From the NCBI GenBank assembly GCA_036507075.1, contig DASXQR010000036.1:1-10285 (forward strand): a DNA stretch of 10,285 bases, given 5' to 3'. The notes beneath the pieces are model-generated. The model was not told where the DNA came from and searched no databases. It saw only the letters and a program-made list of their open reading frames with translations. Shown in pieces: positions 6,861-10,285 of the stretch. Source of the DNA: Acidobacteriota bacterium. GTDB lineage: Bacteria > Acidobacteriota > UBA6911 > JACQSX01. A program made the position numbers and the translations under genes. Position 1 is the first letter of the stretch. Each line of letters begins with the position of its first letter.

Positions 6861-7963
6861 TGAAGAAGCGATGGCTTCTGCTGCTGCCGGTTCTTCTTCT
6901 GGGACTTGCGTGGTATCTGGGTCCCTGGTTCAAGGCGGGCTTCCTGCTTCTGGACGCAGCCAACCTCAGCGGATGGGCCGCCACTGTTCCAAAATGGACA
7001 GCCGATCAGTGCCGCCTGGAAGATACGACCCTGCCCACACGAAATGGTCCGATTGCGGCGCGCCTGTACATCCCGGGAAAGATACAAGGCGCAGTAGTGC
7101 TGGTGCACGGACTTCACGCAGGCGGCATCGCAGAAGCACGTCTTGGTCCGTTCGGGCGAAAGCTGGCGGCGCGAGGCTTTCTGGTGCTGACGCCGGAAAT
7201 GGAGGATTTGAAGCATTTCCGCATCACCGCGCGCACCGTAGACACAATCGAAGACTCGATCCAATGGCTTTCCGGGCGCAGGGACTACAGCCGGCAGGGA
7301 CGGGTAGGAGTCATCGGGATCAGCTTTTCAGGAGGTCTTTCTGTGGTTGCCGCAGCCCGGCCGCCAATTCGCGATCGGGTTTCATTCGTGCTTTCGATCG
7401 GAGGTCACGGGGATCTGTACCGAACCGCGTCTTATCTTTGCACCGGCCGCTGGAACGGCAGCGCTCCATACCTGAAACCGCACGATTACGCAGTGGGCGT
7501 GCTGCTCCTGAATCTGTGTGATCGCCTGGTGCCGCCGTCCCAGGGCGCTGCGCTGGCCGATGGCATCAGCGCCTTTTTGCGGGAGGACTATGATCTGGGG
7601 CGCAGCATCGCAAGCCGGCTCGCGCCTCCGGCATCAGATATCATGAAATGGGTCGACGCGAGGGATGTGGACAAGGTTGGGCCGCTGATGATTCGCGAGC
7701 TGCAGAACTTCGCGGCCGATCCGCGGCTGTCGCCGGAGCGTTCGCCGTCTCCTGCGGCGCCTGTTTTTCTATTGCACGGCGCTGACGACCGCGTTATTCC
7801 TCCTCACGAAACCGAGGCGCTGGCAAAGTACCTTCGAGGCCGAACCGAGGTGTATTCGCTCATCACGCCACTGATTTCACATGTCCAGTTGGACCAAAAG
7901 CCGCGCGCCGGGGATGTGTGGAACCTGCTGTCTTTCTGGGCGAAGATTGTGAAACGCAGTTGA
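6860..7963 (+). CDS. Alpha/beta-fold hydrolase with N-terminal membrane anchor or signal (367 aa)
   Basis: VVLVHG, nucleophile elbow GISFSGG, LLHGADD (candidate Asp) and SHV (candidate His). Hydrophobic N-terminus MKKRWLLLLPVLLLGLAW. The ATG at 6860 is coupled to the upstream stop. Confidence 0.88.
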   Translation: MKKRWLLLLPVLLLGLAWYLGPWFKAGFLLLDAANLSGWAATVPKWTADQCRLEDTTLPTRNGPIAARLYIPGKIQGAVVLVHGLHAGGIAEARLGPFGRKLAARGFLVLTPEMEDLKHFRITARTVDTIEDSIQWLSGRRDYSRQGRVGVIGISFSGGLSVVAAARPPIRDRVSFVLSIGGHGDLYRTASYLCTGRWNGSAPYLKPHDYAVGVLLLNLCDRLVPPSQGAALADGISAFLREDYDLGRSIASRLAPPASDIMKWVDARDVDKVGPLMIRELQNFAADPRLSPERSPSPAAPVFLLHGADDRVIPPHETEALAKYLRGRTEVYSLITPLISHVQLDQKPRAGDVWNLLSFWAKIVKRS

Positions 7964-8047
7964 GCACGAATTTCACGAATTCACACGAATTTCACGAATC
8001 TTTTTATAACTTCGTGAAATTCGTGCGAATTCGTGGAAATTCGTGCT
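7963..8047. repeat. Imperfect palindrome built from 9-10-nt CACGAATTT units
   Basis: Four CACGAA units (7963-7998) pair with four TTCGTG units (8011-8047), with 1 mismatch and 1 indel. The 12-nt loop is AT-rich. Confidence 0.93.
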
Positions 8048-8075
8048 TCCGTTTTTGTTTTCATGGACCGGTCGA

Positions 8076-10145
8076 TTGAAAGTCATAAACCAGAGCAAAA
8101 TACAATACCCCAAGACTCGAAAAGAAGAGATCGTTCAGGATTATCACGGAACCAGGATTCGCGATCCATATCAGTGGCTTGAAAGAGCGGATGATCCCGA
8201 GACGATACAGTGGGTGGAGGCTCAAAACGCATTAACCCGTTCTTTACTCGATCGTCCCGAGCGCACCGCCATCAAGAACCGCCTCATCGAGCTTTACGAC
8301 TTTCCCAGATATTCCACGCCGTTCCGACGCGGCAAATATTATTTGTTTTCGCGCAATGCCGGCCTGCAGAACCAACCCGTGCTGTTTGTGCAGGAAGGCC
8401 TCAGGGGAGAGGCGAGAGTGCTGCTCGATCCGAACGAGCTGAGTGCCGAGGGGACAGTGGCGCTAACCAGCATGGCTGTCAGCTCCAATGGGAGTCTCCT
8501 GGTTTACGGACTTTCGCGCAGCGGCAGCGATGTCCAGGAACTTTACGTTCGCAGCGTAGAATCAGGGATCGATCTCCAGGACAAGTTGATCTGGGTGAAA
8601 TTTACCAGCCTTGCGTGGACTCACGACAGCCAGTCGTTTTACTACACGCGCTTTCCGCAGCCCGGCTCGGTACCACCGGGCGATGAGAATTATTTTTGCA
8701 AGATCTATCGTCATACTCTGGGAACTGATCAGTCCCAGGACCAATTGATCTATGAGCGCCCCGATGACAGGGAAATCGTCTTTATCGTCGACATCACCGA
8801 TGATGACCGGTACCTGATGATCGGCGCTTACAAAGGCTCCAGTGACAGGAGTGAATGGTATGCGCTCGATCGAATCTCGGGGGAGATCTTGCCGCTGTTT
8901 GCGGGCTTTGAGCACGCCTATCACTTCATTGAAGAAACCGACGGAAGGTTTTACTTCCTCACCGACCGGGATGCTCCCCTGGGCAGGATAATCTCGGTGG
9001 ACGCCGCCGGACAGGACCTGCGGCAGATTGTTCCCCAGTCCGAAGATAAACTGTCATCGGCATCTGTCATCAATCGGCGCATCATCGCCTTGTATCTTCG
9101 TAATGCGAGCGGAAACGTCAGGATTTACTCACTCGAAGGCAGCCAGGAAACCGAGCTTTCGCTTCCCGCCATTGGCAGTATCTCCGCGCTTTCCGGCGAG
9201 CCGGGCGATACCGAGATGTTTATCGGGTTTCAGTCGTTTACCTATGCTCCGACCAGCTTCCGTTATGACTTTGACTCGCGACGCCTGGAGCCGTTCTTCA
9301 GGAGCGAAGGAAAGGTCGATCCCGAAGCATACGAAACAAAGCAGGTCTGGTATGCGAGCCGGGACGGCACGCCTGTGTCCATGTTTCTGGTGCACAAGAA
9401 AGGTTTGCAACTACGCGGTCAATCTCCTACGCTGCTTTACGGGTACGGTGGTTTCAATGTCCCCGTCGAACCGGTTTACAATCCGGCGATTTTCCTGTTG
9501 CTGGAAAAAGGCGGAGTGTGCGCTGCCGCCAACCTGCGCGGCGGGAGTGAATACGGAGAGGCCTGGCACCAGGCGGGCATGCTGCATAAGAAGCAAAATG
9601 TGTTTGATGACTTCGTAGCCGCCGCTGAATGGCTGATTGCCGGCGGGTACACCTGCAGCGCCAAGCTTGCCATCCGTGGTGGCAGCAATGGCGGGCTTCT
9701 GGTAGGCGCAACCATGGTCCAGAGGCCCGAGCTGGCGGCAGCCGTCGTGTGCCAGGTTCCAGTCGTCGACATGCTCCGGTACCATCTGGCCACGGTCGGC
9801 CGGTTTTGGATTCCGGAATATGGATCGGCGGAGGATCCCGAGCATTTCCAGTTTTTGTTGAAGTACTCCCCCTACCACAACGTGCAAGACGGCGTCGCTT
9901 ACCCTGCGACTCTGATTACCACCGCTGACACGGACGATCGTGTGGACCCCGGGATGGCGAAAAAGTTTGCGGCGCGCCTGCAGGAGGCCTCCTCGGGTGC
10001 TAATCCGATTCTGATTCGCGTTGAGATCAGAGCCGGCCATGGAGCCGGCAAACCGATGTCAAAAGTGATCGAGGAAGCGGCCGACGTTTATACGTTTCTT
10101 TTCTGGCGGCTCGGTGTGAGCAAAGACTTCACCACAGAGGCTTAG
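8076..10145 (+). CDS. Prolyl oligopeptidase (peptidase family S9A), ~689 aa
   Basis: DPYQWLE N-terminal motif, beta-propeller region, LLYGYGGF, ANLRGGSEYG and catalytic GGSNGG (Ser), DDRV (Asp), AGHG (His). Start uncertain: GTG 8043 falls inside the palindrome, so TTG 8076 is preferred. No clear signal peptide. Confidence 0.95.
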   Translation: MKVINQSKIQYPKTRKEEIVQDYHGTRIRDPYQWLERADDPETIQWVEAQNALTRSLLDRPERTAIKNRLIELYDFPRYSTPFRRGKYYLFSRNAGLQNQPVLFVQEGLRGEARVLLDPNELSAEGTVALTSMAVSSNGSLLVYGLSRSGSDVQELYVRSVESGIDLQDKLIWVKFTSLAWTHDSQSFYYTRFPQPGSVPPGDENYFCKIYRHTLGTDQSQDQLIYERPDDREIVFIVDITDDDRYLMIGAYKGSSDRSEWYALDRISGEILPLFAGFEHAYHFIEETDGRFYFLTDRDAPLGRIISVDAAGQDLRQIVPQSEDKLSSASVINRRIIALYLRNASGNVRIYSLEGSQETELSLPAIGSISALSGEPGDTEMFIGFQSFTYAPTSFRYDFDSRRLEPFFRSEGKVDPEAYETKQVWYASRDGTPVSMFLVHKKGLQLRGQSPTLLYGYGGFNVPVEPVYNPAIFLLLEKGGVCAAANLRGGSEYGEAWHQAGMLHKKQNVFDDFVAAAEWLIAGGYTCSAKLAIRGGSNGGLLVGATMVQRPELAAAVVCQVPVVDMLRYHLATVGRFWIPEYGSAEDPEHFQFLLKYSPYHNVQDGVAYPATLITTADTDDRVDPGMAKKFAARLQEASSGANPILIRVEIRAGHGAGKPMSKVIEEAADVYTFLFWRLGVSKDFTTEA

Positions 10146-10285
10146 CGCGGCGAAGCCGCAACCATCAAGGAGAGACGGCCTGAGGGCCGTCTCTCTGCGG
10201 TGCCCTGCCAAGGAGAGACGGCCTGAGGGCCGTCTCTCTGCGGTGCCCTGCCAAGCTGAGACGGCCGTCAGGCCGTCTCTCCGCT
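10127..10285 (+). repeat. Composite REP-like element copy 2, with 43-bp tandem duplication and an inverted third hairpin
   Basis: 10127-10212 matches the reverse complement of 3632-3721. The unit caaggagagacggcctgagggccgtctctctgcggtgccctgc occurs exactly at 10166 and 10209. A third hairpin near 10258-10282 is in the opposite orientation. The element runs to the window edge. Confidence 0.92.

Noticed and set aside
6817..7521. 234-aa alternative-frame ORF
   Set aside because: It overlaps the hydrolase out of frame, and its Arg/Ser/Gly-rich composition is typical of non-coding frames.
3632..10212. Composite transposon bounded by inverted repeats
   Set aside because: No transposase or recombinase lies inside, no target-site duplication is evident, and the enclosed genes look chromosomal.
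10166..10285. Possible CRISPR array of palindromic repeats
   Set aside because: The sequence following the first two hairpins is identical and short rather than a unique spacer, and the third hairpin is inverted.

Overview
A moderately GC-rich bacterial chromosomal window. Gene content suggests Acidobacteria or a Planctomycetes-like lineage (inference only). There are nine supportable CDSs in two divergent blocks. Minus strand: RimI-like GNAT acetyltransferase, ECF sigma-70 factor, Hanks-type Ser/Thr kinase fused to a ~12-TM membrane domain, and a lipoprotein. Plus strand: secreted TPR-like protein, 8-Cys putative zinc protein, a small CPXCG Cys-rich protein missed by the ORF track, an alpha/beta hydrolase and an S9A prolyl oligopeptidase. 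No transposase, RNA gene or CRISPR array is visible. The most striking signal is intergenic. Most gene gaps hold a repeat element: imperfect palindromes built from 6-, 7- or ~9-nt tandem units, plus a 20-bp tandem array. A shared small hairpin 'head' (AGCSCGGC..RCCGCAACCA) occurs four times, always in the sense of the upstream gene and each time followed by a palindromic module. This looks like a modular, nested REP/REPIN-like repeat system with no cognate enzyme in the window.
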